64,000 bases of DNA from the human T2T-CHM13v2.0 reference genome, Homo sapiens. The translations under genes and the position numbers were made by a program. Shown here one piece after another: positions 1 through 12,700 of this stretch. Every line of letters starts with the position of its first letter. The first letter of the stretch is position 1. Below the pieces are notes generated by a model. It saw only the letters and a program-made list of their open reading frames with translations, was not told the origin of the DNA and ran no database searches. The stretch is taken from assembly GCA_009914755.4 (NCBI GenBank), contig CP086569.2, positions 21,024,001-21,088,000 on the forward strand. Reading direction: 5' to 3'.

Positions 1-1309
1 GAATGAAGCTGCAGACCTTTACGGTGAGTGTTACAGCATATAAAGGCGTTATGTCCAGAGTTTGGTCCTTCAGATTTGTCCAGAATTTCTTCCTTCGGGC
101 AGGTTCATGGTCTTGCTCACTTCAAGAATGAAGCTGCAGACCTTGGTGGTGAGTGTTACAGCACTTAAATATGTTATGTCCAGATTTTGATCCATGTGAT
201 GTGCATAGAGTTTCTTCCTTCTGGCAGGTTCATGGTCTTGCTCACTTGAAGAATGAAGCTGCAGACCTTAGTGGTGAGTGTTACAGCACTTAAAGGTGTT
301 ATGTCCAGAGTTTGTTCCGTGTGATGTGTGCAGAGTTTCTTCCTTCTGGCAGGTTCATGGTCTTGCTCACTTCAAGAATGATGCTGCAGACCTTTACGGT
401 GAGTGTTACAGCACTTAAAGGTGTTATATCCAGAGTTTGTTCCTTGATATGTGTCCAGAGTTTCCTTCTTTTGGCAGTTTCATGGTCTTGCTCACTTCAA
501 GAATGAAGCTCCAGACCTTTACGGTGAGTTTTACAGCACTTAAAGGTGTTATGTCCAGAGATTGTTCCTTCAGTTGTGTCCAGAGTTTCTTTCTTCTGGC
601 AGTATCATGGTCTTGCTCACTTCAAGAATGAAACTGCAGACCTTTACGGTGAGTGTTACAACACTTAAAGGAATTATGTCCAGAGTTTTTTCCGTCAGAT
701 GTGTACAGAGTTTCTTCCTTCTGGCACGTTCATGGTCTTGCTAGCTTCAAGAATGAACCTCCAGTCTTTACGGTGAGTGTTACAGCACTTAAAGGTGTTA
801 TGTCCAGAGTTTGTTCCTTCAGATGTGTCCAGAGTTTCTTCCTTCTGGCAGGTTCATGATTTGCTCAATTCAAGAATGAAACTGCAGACCCTTACGGTGA
901 GTGTTACACCACTTAAAGGTGTTATGTCCAGAGTTTGTTCTTACAGATGTATCCACAGTTTCTTCCTTCTGGCAGGTTCATGGTCTTGCTCACTTCAAGT
1001 AAGAAGCTGCAGACCTTAGTGGTGAGTGTTACAACACTTAAAGGTGTTATGTCCAGAGTTTGTTCCTTGTGATGTGTGCAGAGTTTCTTCCTTCTGGCAA
1101 GTTCATTGTCTTGCTCACTTCAAGAATGAAGCTGTAGACCTTGGTGGTGAGTGTTACAGCACTTACAGGTGTTATGTCCCGAGTTTGTTCCATCAGATGT
1201 GTCCAGAGTTTCTTCCTTTTGGCAGGTTCATGGTCTTGCTCACTTCAAGAATGAAGCTGCAGACCTTAGTGGTGAGTGTTACAGCACTTAAAGGTGTTAT
1301 GTAGAGAGT

Positions 1310-3691
1310 TTGTTCCTCGTGATGTGTGGAGAGTTTCTTCCTTCTGGCAGGTTCATGGTCTTGCTCACATCAAGAATGATGCTGCAGACCTTTACGGTGA
1401 AAGTTACAGTACTTAAAGGTGTTATATCCACAGTTTGTTCCTTCAGATGTGTCCAGAGTTTCTTTCTTCTGGCAGTTTCATGGTCTTGCTCACTTCAAGA
1501 ATGAAGCTCCAGACCTTTACGGTGAGTTTTACAGCACTTAAAGGTGTTATGTCCAGAGTTTGTTCCTTCAGTTGTGTCCAGAGTTTCTTCCTTCTGGCAG
1601 GTTCATTGTCTTGCTCAGTTCAAGAATGAAACTGCAGACCTTTACGGTGAGTGTTACAGCACTTAAAGGCATTATGTCCAGAGTTTTTTCCTTCAGATGT
1701 GTACAGAGTTTCTTCCTTCTGGCAGGTTCATGGTCTTGCTCACTTGAAGAATGAAACTGCAGACCCTTACGGTGAGTGTTACATCACTTAAAGTTGTTAT
1801 GTCCAGAGTTTGTTCTTTCAGATGTGTCCACAGTTTATTCCTTCTGGCAGGTTCATGGTCTTGCTCACTTCAAGAATGAAACTGCAGACCTTTACGGTGA
1901 GTGTTACAGCACTAAAAGGTATTATGTCCAGAGATTTTTCCTTCAGATGTGTACAGAGTTTCTTCCTTCTGGCAGGTTCATGGTCTTGCTAGCTTCAAGA
2001 ATGAACCTCCAGTCCTTTATGGTGAGTGTTACATCACTTAAAGGTGTTATGTCCAGAGTTTGTTCTTTCAGAAGTGTCCACAGTTTCTTCCTTCTGGCAG
2101 ATTCATGGTCTTTCTCACTTCAAGTATGAAGCTGCAGACCTTTGTGGTGAGTGTTACAGCACTTACAGGTGTTATGTCCCGAGGTTGTTCCATCAGATGT
2201 GTCCAGAGTTTATTCCTTTTGGCAGGTTCATGGTCTTGCTCTCTTCAAGGATGAATCTGCAGACCTTAGTGGTGAGAGTTACAGCAATTAAAGGTGTTAT
2301 GTCCAGAGTATGTTCCTTCAGATGTGTCCAAAGTTTCTTCAATCTGGCAGGTTCATGGTCTTGCTCACTTCAAGAGTGAAGCTGCAGAATTTAGTGGTGA
2401 GTGTTACAGCACTAAAAGGTGTTATGTCCAGAGTTTGTTACATCAGATGTGTCCAGATATTCTTCCTTCTGTCATGTTCATGGTCTTGCTCACTTCAAGA
2501 AAGAATGAAGCTGCAGACATTTACAGTGAGTGTTACAGCATATAAAGGTGTTATGTCCAGAGTTTGGTCACTCAGATGTGTCCAGAATTTTTTCCTTCGG
2601 GCTGGTTCATGGTCTTGCTCACTTCAAGAATGAAGCTGCAGACCTTGGTGGTGAGTGTTACAGCACTTAAATTTGTTATGTCCAGAGTTTGTTCCATCTG
2701 ATGTGTATAGTGTTACTTCCTTCTGGCAGGTTCATGGTCTTGCTCACTTCAAGAATGAAGCTGCAGGCCTTAGTGGTGAGTGTTACAGCACTTAAAGGTG
2801 TTATGTCCAGAGTTTGTTCCTTGTGATGTGTCCAGAGTTTCTTCCTTCTGGCAGGTTCATGGTCTTGTTCTCTTCAGGAATGAAGCTGCAGACCTTAGCG
2901 GTGAGCGTTACAGCACTTAAAGGTTTTATGTCCAGAGTTGTTCCATCAGATGTGTCTAGAGTTTCTTCCTTCTGGCAGGTTCATGGTCTTGCTCTCTTCA
3001 AGGATGAAGCTGCAGACTTCAGTGGTGAGTGTTACAGCTCTTAAAGGTGTTATGTAAAGAGTTTGTTACTTCAGATGTGTCCAAAGTTTCTTCAATCTGG
3101 CAGGTTCATGGTCTTGCTCACTTCAAGAGTGAAGCTGCAGAATTTAGTGGTGAGTGTTACAGCACTTAAAGTTGTTATGTCTAGAGTTTGTTACTTCAGA
3201 TGTGTCCAGATATTCTTCCTTCTAGCAAGTTCATGGTCTTGCTCAGTTCAAGAAAGAATGAAGCTGCAGACCTTAGTGGTGAGTGTTACAGCACTTAAAG
3301 GTCTTATGTCCAGAGTTTGTTCCTTGTGATGTGTCCAGAGTTTCTTCCTTCTGGCAGGTTCATGGTCTTGCTCACTTCAAGAATGAAGCTGCAGACCTTT
3401 ACGGTGAGTGTTACAGCACTTAATGTTGTCATGTCCAGAGTTTGTTCCTTCAGATGTGTCCAGAGTTTCTTCATTCTAGCACGTTCATTGTCTTGTTCTC
3501 TTTAAGAATGAAGCTGCAGACCTTAGCGGTGAGCGTTACAGCACTTAAAGGTTTTATATCCAGAGTTTGTTCCATCAGATGTGTCTAGAGTTTCTTCCTT
3601 CTGGCAGGTTCATGGTCTTGCTCACTTCAAGGATGCTGCTGCAGACCTTAGTGGTGAGTGTTACAGCACTTAAAGGTGTTATGTCCAGAGT
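1310..3691. repeat. Higher-order repeat (HOR) copy of 2382 bp, about 19 monomers. It begins with an MFLVMC.EFLPSGRFMVLLTSRMMLQ-type monomer followed by MFLQMCPEF..FTALKGVMSR and MFLQLCPEF...KGIMSRVFS monomers.
   Basis: The same ordered trio of variant monomers restarts at 312, 1310, 3692, 6949 and 9706. Each trio is followed by the MCTEFLPSGRFMVLLASRMNLQSF monomer type (4079, 7336, 10093). Confidence 0.7.
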
Positions 3692-6600
3692 TTGTTCCTT
3701 GTGAAGTGTGCAGAGTTTCTTCCATCTGGCAGGTTCATGGTCTTGCTCACTTCAAGAATGATGCTGCAGAAATTTACGGTGAATGTTACAGTACTTAAAG
3801 GTGTTATATCCAGAGTTTGTTCCTTCAGATGTGTCCAGATTTTCTTTCTTCTTGCAGGTTCATGGTCTTGCTCACTTCAAGAATGAAGCTCCAGACCTTT
3901 ACGGTGAGTTTTACAGCACTTAAAGGTGTTATGTCCAGAGTTTGTTCCTTCAGTTGTGTCCAGAGTTTCTTCCTTCTGGCAGGTTCATGGTCTTGCTCAC
4001 TTCAAGAATGAAACTGCAGACCTTTACGGTGAGGGTTACAGCACTTAAAGGTATTATGTCCAGAGTTTTTTCCTTCAGATGTGTACAGAGTTTCTTCCTT
4101 CTGGCAGGTTCATGGTCTTGCTAGCTTCAAGAATGAACCTCCAGTCCTTTACGGTGAGTGTTACAGCACTTAAAGGTGTTATGTCCAGAGTTTTTTCCTT
4201 CAGATGTGTCCAGAGTTTCTTCCTTCTGGCCGGTTCATGGTCTTGCTCACTTCCAGAATGAAACTGCAGACCCTTACGGTGAGTGTTACAGGACCTAAAG
4301 GTGTTATGTCCATAGTTTGTTCTTTCAGATGTGTCCACAGTTTCTTCCTTCTGGCAGGTTCATGGTCTTGCTCACTTCAAGAATGAAGCTGCAGACCTTG
4401 GTGATGAGTGTTACAGCACTTTCAAGTGTTATGTCCCGAGTTTGTTCCATCAGATGTGTCCAGAGTTTCTTCCTTTTGGCAGGTTCATGGTCTTGCTCAC
4501 TTCAAGAATGAAGCTGCAGACCTCAGTGGTGAGTGTTACAGCACTTAAAGGTGTTATGTAAAGAGTTTGTTCCTTCAGATGTGTCCAAAATTTCTTCAAT
4601 CTGGCGGGTTCATGGTCTTGCTCACTTCAAGAGTGAAGCTGCAGAATTTACTGGTGAGTGTTACAGCACTAAAAGGTGTCATGTCCAGAGTTTTTTACTT
4701 CAGTTGTGTCCAGATATTCTTCCTTCTGGCAGGTTCATGGTCTTGCTCACTTCAAGAAAGAATGAAGCTGCAGACCTTTACGGTGAGTGTTACAGCACTT
4801 AAAGGTGTTATGTAAAGAGTTTGTTCCTTCAGATGTGTCCAAAGTTTCTTCAATCTGGCAGGTTCATGGTCTTGCTCACTTCAAGAATGAAGCTGCAGAC
4901 CTCAGTGGTGAGAGTTACAGCACTTAAAGGTGTTATGTAAAGAGTTTGTTCCTTCAGATGTGTCCAAATTTTCTTCAATCTGGCAGGTTCATGGTCTTGC
5001 TCACTTCAAGAGTGAAGCTGCAGAATTTAGTGGTGAGTGTTACAGCACTTAAAGTTGTTATGTCTAGAGTTTGTTACTTCAGATGTGTCCAGATAGTCTT
5101 CCTTCTGGCAGGTTCATGGTCTTGCTCACTTCAAGAAAGAATGAAGCTGCAGACCTTTACGGTGAGTGTCACAGCATATAAAGGTGTTATGTCCAGAGTT
5201 TGGTCCTTCAGATGTGTCCAGAATTTTTTCCTTCGTACTGGTTCATGGTCTTGCTCACTTCAAGAATGAAGCTGCAGTCCTTGGTGGTGAGTATTAGAGC
5301 CCTTAAATGTGTAATGTCGAGAGTTTGTTCCATCTGATGTGTATAGTGTTTCTTCCTTCTTTCAGGTTCATGGTCTTGCTCACTTCAAGAATGAAGCTGC
5401 AGACCTTAGTGGTGAGTGTTACAACACTTAAAGGTGTTATGTCCAGAGTTTGTTCCTTGTTATGTGTCCAGAGTTTCTTCCTTCTGGCAGGTTCATGGTC
5501 TTGCTCACTTCAAGAATGAAGCTGCAGACCTTTACGGTGAGTGTTACAGCACTTAACGTTGTCATGTCCAGAGTTTGTTCCTTCAGATATGTCCAGAGTT
5601 TCTTCATTCTGGCAGGTTCATGGTCTTGTTCTCTTCAAGAATGAAGCTGCAGACCTTAGCGGTGAGCGTTACAACACTTAAAGGTTTTATGTCCAGAGTT
5701 TGTTCCATCAGATGTGTCTAGAGTTTCTTCCTTCTGGCAGGTTCATGGTCTTGCTCACTTCAAGGATGAAGCTGCAGACCTTAGTGGTGAGTGTTACAGC
5801 ACTTAAAGGTGTTATGTCCAGAGTTTCTTCCTTTTGATGTGTGCAGAGTTTCTTCCTTCTGGCAGGTTCATTTCTTGCTCACTTCAAAAATGATGCTGCA
5901 GACCTTTACGGTGAATGTTACAGTACTTAAAGGTGTTATATCCAGAGTTTGTTCCTTCTGATGTGTCCAGATTTTCCGTCTTCTTGCAGTTTCATGGTCT
6001 TGCTCACTTCAAGAATGAAGCTCCAGACCTTTACGGTGAGTTTTACAGCACTTAAAGGTGTTATGTCCAGAGTTTGTTCCTTCAGATGTGTCTAGAGTTT
6101 CTTCCTTCTGGCAGGTTCATGGTCTTGCTCACTTCAAGAATGATGCTGCAGACATTTACGGTGAAAGTTACAGTACTTAAAGTTGTTATATCCAGTGTTT
6201 GTTCCTTCAGATGTGTCCAGAGTTTCTTCCTTCTGGCAGGTTCATTGTCTTGCTCATTTCAAGAATGAAATTGCAGACCTTAGTGGTGAGAGTTACAGCA
6301 CTTAAAGGTGTTATGTCCAGAGTATGTTCCTTCAGATGTGTCCAAAGTTTCTTCAATCTGACAGGTTCATGGTCTTGCTCACTTCAAGAGTGAAGCTGCA
6401 GAATTTAGTGGTGAGTGTTACAGCACTAAAAGGTGTTATGTCCAGAGTTTGTTCCTTGTGATGTGTCCAGAGTTTCTTCCTTCTGGCAGGTTCGTGGTCT
6501 TGTTCACTTCAAGAATTAAGATGCAAACCTTTACGGTGAGTGTTACAGCACTTAATGTTGTCATGTCCAGAGTTTGTTCCTTCAGATGTGTCCAGGGTTT

Positions 6601-6948
6601 CTGTCTTCTGGCAGGTTCATGGTCTTGCTCACTTCAAGAATGAAGCTGCAGACCTTAGTGGTGAGTGTTACAGCACTTAAAGTTGTTATGTCCAGAGTTT
6701 GTTCCTTGTGATGTGTCCAGAGTTTCTTCCTTCTGGGAGGTTCGTGGTCTTCTTCTCTTCAGGAATGAAGCTGCAGACCTTAGCGGTGAGCGTTACAGCA
6801 CTTAAAGGTTTTATGTCCAGAGTTTGTTCCATCAGATGTGTCTAGAGTTTGTTCCTTCTGGCAGGTTCATGGTCTTGCTCACTTCAAGGATGAAGCTGCA
6901 GACCTTATTGGTGAGTGTTACAGCACTTAAAGGTGTTATGACCAGAGT
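3692..6948. repeat. HOR copy of 3257 bp, about 26 monomers, same family as 1310-3691.
   Basis: Anchor monomer ORFs at 3692/3817/3942 are homologous to 1310/1435/1560 and 6949/7074. The internal order of catataaagg/aaaga-insertion variants is shared. Confidence 0.7.
3983..4107 (+). repeat. Representative 125 bp monomer of the satellite, phase chosen arbitrarily at gttcatgg. It contains an internal ~25 bp sub-duplication (tgtccagagtttGttccttcag / tgtccagagtttCttccttctg) and one PstI site (ctgcag).
   Basis: By direct position count in the sequence lines, the gttcatgg motif begins at 3983 and the next copy begins at 4108. Confidence 0.85.
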
Positions 6949-9705
6949 TTGTTCCTTGTGATGTGTGTAGAGTTTCTTCCTTCTGGCAGGTTCATGGTCT
7001 TGCTCACTTCAAGAATGATGCTGCAGACATTTATGGTGAATGTTACAGTACTTAAAGGTGTTATATCCAGAGTTTGTTCCTTCAGATGTGTCCAGATTTT
7101 CTTTCTTCTTGCAGTGTCATGGTCTTGCTCACTTCAAGAATGAAGCTCCAGACCTTTACGGTGAGTTCTAAAGCACTTAAAGGTGTTATGTCCAGAGTTT
7201 GTTCCTTCGGTAGTGTCCAGAGTCTCTTCCTTCTGGCAGGTTCATGGTCTTGCTCACTTCAAGAATGAAACTGCAGACCTTTACGGAGGGTGTTACAGCA
7301 CTTAAAGGTATTACGTCCAGAGTTTTTTCCTTCAGATGTGTACAGAGTTTCTTCCTTCTGGCAGGTTCATGGTCTTGCTAGCTTCAAGAATGAACCTCCA
7401 GTCCTTTACGGTGAGTGTTACAGCAGTTAAAGGTGTTATGTCCAGAGTTTGTTCCTTTAGATGTGTCCAGAGTTTCTTCCTTCTGGCAGGTTCATGGTCT
7501 TGCTCACTTCAAGAATGAAACTGCAGACCCTGACGGTGAGAGTTACAGCACTTAAAGGTGTTATGTCCAGAGTTTGTTCTTTCAGACGTGTCCACAGTTT
7601 CTTCCTTCTGGCAGGTTCATGGTCTTGCTCAATTCAAGCATGAAGCTGCAGAACTTTTTGGTGAGTGTTACAGCACTTACAGGTGTTATGTCCCGAGTTT
7701 GTTCCATCAGATATGTCCAGAGTTTCTTCCTTTTGACAGGTTCATGGTCTTGCTCACTTCAAGAATGAAGCTGCAGACCTCAGTGGTGAGTGTTACAGCA
7801 CTTAAAGGTGTTATGTAAAGAGTTTGTTCCTTCAGATGTGTCCAAAGTTTCTTCAATCTGGCAGGTTCATGGTCTTGCTCACTTCAAGAGTGAAGCTGCA
7901 GAATTTAGTGGTGAGTGTTACAGCACTTAAAAGTGTTATGTCTAGAGTTTGTTACTTTAGATGTGTCCAGATATTCTTCCTTCTGTCAGGTTCATGGTCT
8001 TGCTCACTTCAAGAAAGAATGAAGCTGCAGACCTTTACGGTGAGTGTTACAGCATATAAAGGTGTTATGTCCAGAGTTTGGTCCTTCAGATATGTCCAGA
8101 ATTTCTTCCTTCGGGCTGGTTCATGGTCTTCCTCACTTCAAGAATGAAGCTGCAGACCTTGGTGGTGAGTGTTATAGCACTTAAATATGTTATGTCCAGA
8201 GTTTGTTCCATCAGATGTGTCTAGAGTTTCTTCCTTCTGGCAGGTTCATGGTCTTGCTCACTTCAAGGATGAAGCTGCAGACCTTAGTGGTGTGTGTTAC
8301 AGCACTTAAAGGTGTTATGTCCAGAGTTTCTTCCTTTTGATGTGTGCAGAGTTTCTTCCTTCTGGCAGGTTCATTTCTTGCTCACTTCAAAAATGATGCT
8401 GCAGACCTTTACGGTGAATGTTACAGTACTTAAAGGTCTTATATACAGAGTTTGTTCCTTCTGATGTGTCCAGGTTTTCTTTCTTCTTGCAGTTTCATGG
8501 TCTTGCTCACTTCAAGAATGAAGCTCCAGACCTTTACGGTGAGTTTTACAGCACTTAAAGCTGTTATGTCCAGAGTTTGTTCCTTCAGATGTGTCTAGAA
8601 TTTCTTCCTTCTGGAAGTTTCATGGTCTTGCTCACTTCAAGAATGATGCTGCAGACATTTACGGTGAAAGTTACAGTACTTAAAGTTGTTATATCCAGTG
8701 TTTTTTCCTTCACATGTGTCCAGAGTTTCTTCCTTCTGGCAGGTTCATTGACTTGCTCACTTCAAGAATGAAATTGCAGACCTTTACGGTGAGTGTTACA
8801 GCACTTAAAGGTATTATGTCCAGAGTTTTTTCCTTCAGATGTGTACAGAGTTTCTTCCTTCTGGCAGGTTCATGGTCTTGCTAGCTTCAAGAATGAACCT
8901 CCAGTCCTTTATGGTGAGTGTTACAGCACTTAAAGGTGTTATGTCCAGAGTTTGTTCTTTCAGACGTGTCCAGAGTTTCTTCCTTCTGGCAGGTTCATGG
9001 TCTTTCTCACTTCAAGTATGAAGCTGCAGACCTTGGTGGTGAGTGTTACAGCACTTACAGGTGTTATGTCCCGTGTTTGTTCCATCAGATGTGTCCAGAG
9101 TTTATTCCTTTTGGCAGGTTCATGGTCTTGCTCACTTCAAGGATGAATCTGCAGACCTTAGTGGTGAGAGTTACAGCACTTAAAGGTGTTATGTCCAGAG
9201 TATGTTCCTTCAGATGTGTCCAAAGTTTCTTCAATCTGGCAGGTTCATGGTCTTGCTCACTTCAAGAGTGAAGCTGCAGAATTTAGTGGTGAGTGTTACA
9301 GCACTAAAAGGTGTTATGTCCAGAGTTTCTTACTTCAGATGTGTCCAGATATTCTTCCTTCTGTCATGTTCATGGTCTTGCTCACTTCAAGAAAGAATGA
9401 AGCTGCAGACCTTTACGGTGAGTGTTACAGCATATAAAGGTGTTATGTCCAGAGTTTGGTCCTTCAGATGTGTCCAGAATTTTTTCCTTCGGGCTGGTTC
9501 ATGGTCTTGCTCACTTCAAGAATGAAGCTGCAGACTTTGGTGGTGAGTGTTACAGCACTTAAATGTGTTATGTCCAGAGTTTGTTCCATCTGATGTGTAT
9601 AGTGTTTCCTCCTTCTGGCAGGTTCATTGTCTTGCTCACTTCAAGAATGAAGCTGCAGACCTTAGTGTTGAGTGTTACAGCACTTAAAGGTGTTATGTCC
9701 AGAGT
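6949..9705. repeat. HOR copy of 2757 bp, about 22 monomers, same family.
   Basis: Anchor ORFs at 6949 and 9706 are near-identical (MFLVMC[VA]EFLPSGRFMVLLTSRMMLQTF[MT]VNVTVLKGVISR). The internal 'gttcatttcttgctcacttcaaaaatgatgctgcag' monomer recurs at ~5860 and ~8370, a 2510 bp spacing. Confidence 0.7.
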
Positions 9706-12700
9706 TTGTTCCTTGTGATGTGTGCAGAGTTTCTTCCATCTGGCAGGTTCATGGTCTTGCTCACTTCAAGAATGATGCTGCAGACCTTTACGGTGAATGT
9801 TACAGTACTTAAAGGTGTTATATCCAGAATTTGTTCCTTCAGATGTGTCCAGATTTTCTTTCTTCTTGCAGTTTCATGGTCTTGCTCACTTCAAGAATGA
9901 AGCTCCAGACCTTTACGGTGAGTTTTACAGCACTTAAAGGTGTTATATCCAGAGTTTGTTCCTTCAGTTGTGTCCAGAGTTTCTTCCTTCTGGCAGGTTC
10001 ATGGTCTTGCTCACTTCAAGAATGAAACTGCAGACCTTTACGGTGAGTGTTACAGCACTTAAAGGTATTATGTCCAGAGTTTTTTCCTTCAGATGTGTAC
10101 AGAGTTTCTTCCTTCTGGCAGGTTCATGGTCTTGCTAGCTTCAGGAATGAACCTCCAGTCCTTTACGGTCAGTGTTACAGCACTTAAAGGTGTTATGTCC
10201 AGAGTTTTTTCCTTCAGATGTGTCCAGTGTTTCTTCCTTCTGGCAGTTTCATGGTCTTGCTCACTTCAAGAATGAAACTGCAGACCCTTACGGTGAGTGT
10301 TACAGCACTTAAAGGTGTTATGTCCAGAGTTTGATGTTTCAGATGTGTCCACAGTTTCTTCCTTCTGGCAGGTTCATGGTCTTGCTCACTTCAAGAATGA
10401 AGCTGCAGACCTTGGTGATGAGTTTTACAGCACTTAATGGTGTTATGTAATGAGTTTTTTCCTTCGGATGTGTCCAAAGTTTCTTCAATCTGGCAGGTTC
10501 AAGGTCTTGCTCACTTCAAGAGTGAAGGTGCAGAATTTAGTGGTGAGTGTTACAGCACTAAAAGGTGTTATGTCCGGAGATTGTTTCTTCAGATGTGTCC
10601 AGATATTCTTCCTTTTGGCAGGTTCATGGTCTTGCTCACTTCAAGAAAGAATGAAGCTGCAGACCTTTACGGTGAGTATTGCAGCACTTAAAGGTGTTAG
10701 GTAAAGAGTTTGTTCCTTCCGATGTGTCCAAAGTTTCTTCAATCTGGCAGTTTCATGGTCTTGCTCACTTCAAGAATGAAGCTGCAGACCTTTACAGTGA
10801 GTGTTACAGCACTTAATGTTGTCATGTCCAGAGTTTGTTCCTTCAGATGTGTCCAGAGTTTCTTCATTCTGGCAGGTTCATGGTCTTGTTCTCTTCAAGA
10901 ATTTAGCTGCAGTCCTTAGTGGTGAGCGTTACAGCACTTAAAGGTTTTATGTCCAGAGTTTGTTCCATCAGATGTGTCTAGAGTTTCTTCCTTCTGGCAG
11001 GTTCATGGTCTTGCTCACTTCAAGAATGAAACTGCAGACCTTTACTGTGAGTGTTACAGCACTTAAAGGTATTTTGTCCAGAGTTTTTTCCTTCAGATGT
11101 GTACAGAGTTTCTTCCTTCTGGCAGGTTCATGGTCTTGCTCACTTCAAGAATGAAACTGTGGACCCTTTCGGTGAGTGTTACAGCACTTAAAGTTGTTAT
11201 GTCCAGAGTTTGTTCCTTTAGATGTGTCCAGAGTTTCTTCCTTCTGGCAGGTTCATGGTCTTGCTCACTTCAAGAGTGAAGCTGCAGAATTTAGTGGTGC
11301 GTGTTACAGCACTAAAAGGTGTTATGTCCAGAGTTTTTTACTTCAGATGTGTCCAGATATTCTTCCTTCTGGCAGGTTCATGGTCTTGCTCACTTCAAGA
11401 AAGAATGAAGCTGCAGACCTTTACGGTGAGTGTTACAGCATATAAAGGTGTTATGTCCAGAGTTTGGTCCTTCAGATGTGTCCAGAATTTCTTCCTTCGG
11501 GCTGGTTCATGGTCTTGCTCACTTCAAGAATGAAGCTGCAGACCTTGGTGGTGAGTGTTATACCACTTAAATGTGTTATGTCCAGAGTTTGTTCCATCTG
11601 ATGAGTATAGTGTTTCTTCCTTCTGGCAGGTTCATGGTCTTGCTCACTTCAAGAATGAAGCTGCAGACCTTAGTGGTGAGTGTTACAGCACTTAAAGGTG
11701 TTATGTCCAGAGTTTGTTCCTTGTGATGTGTCCAGAGTTTCTGCCTTCTGGCAGGTTCATGGTCTTGTTCACTTCAAGAATGAAGATGCAAACCTTTACG
11801 GTGAGTGTTACAGCACTTAATGTTGTCATGTCCAGAGTTTGTTCCTTCAGATGTGTCCAGAGTTTCTTCATTCTGTCAGGTTCATGGTCTTGTTCTCTTC
11901 AAGAATGAAGCTGCAGACCTTAATGGTGAGCGTTTCAGTACTTAAAGGTTTTATGTCCAGAGTTTGTTCCATCAGATTTGTCTAGAGTTTCTTCCTTCTG
12001 GCAGGTTCACGGTCTTGCTCACTTCAAGAATGAAACTGCAGACCTTAGTGGTGAGTGTTACAGTACTTAAAGGTGTTATGTCCAGAGTTTGTTCCTTCTG
12101 ATGTGCGCAGAGTTTCTCCCTTTTGGCAAGTTCGTGGTCTTGCTCACCTCAAGAATGAAGCTGCAGGCCTTGGTGGTGAGTGTTACAGCACTTACAGGTG
12201 TAATGTCCCGAGTTTGTTCCATCAGATGTGTCCAGAGTTTCTTCCTTTTGGCAGGTTCATCGTCTTGCTCACTTCAAGAATGAAGCTGCAGACCTTAGTG
12301 GTGAGTGTTACAGCACTTAAAGATGTTATGTCCAGGGTTTGTTCCTTGTGATGTGTCCAGAGTTTCTTCCTTCTGGCAGGTTCATGGTTTTGCTCACTTC
12401 AAGAATGAAGCTGCAGTCCTTTATGGTGAGTGTTACAGCACTTAATGTTGTCAGGTCCAGAGTTTGTTCCTTCATATGTGTCCAGAGTTTCTTCCTTCTG
12501 GCAGGTTCATGGTATTGCTAGCTTCAAGAATGAACCTCCAGTCCTTTACGGTGAGTGTTACAGCATTTAAAGGTGTTATGTCCAGAGTTTGTTCTTTCAG
12601 ATTTGTCCACAGTTTCTTCCTTCTGGCAGGTTCATGGTCTTGCTCTCTTCAAGAATGAAGCTGCAGACCTTGGTGATGAGTGTTGCAGCACTTACAGGCG

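Noticed and set aside
8090-8130. CENP-B box (NTTCGNNNNANNCGGGN) in the cgggc-containing monomer subtype (ttccttcgggctggttcatgg), which would indicate a centromeric function
   Set aside because: Position-by-position comparison fails. The required A at box position 10 and CGGG at positions 13-16 are not present. No 17-mer in the monomer satisfies the motif, so a centromeric role cannot be inferred from this motif.
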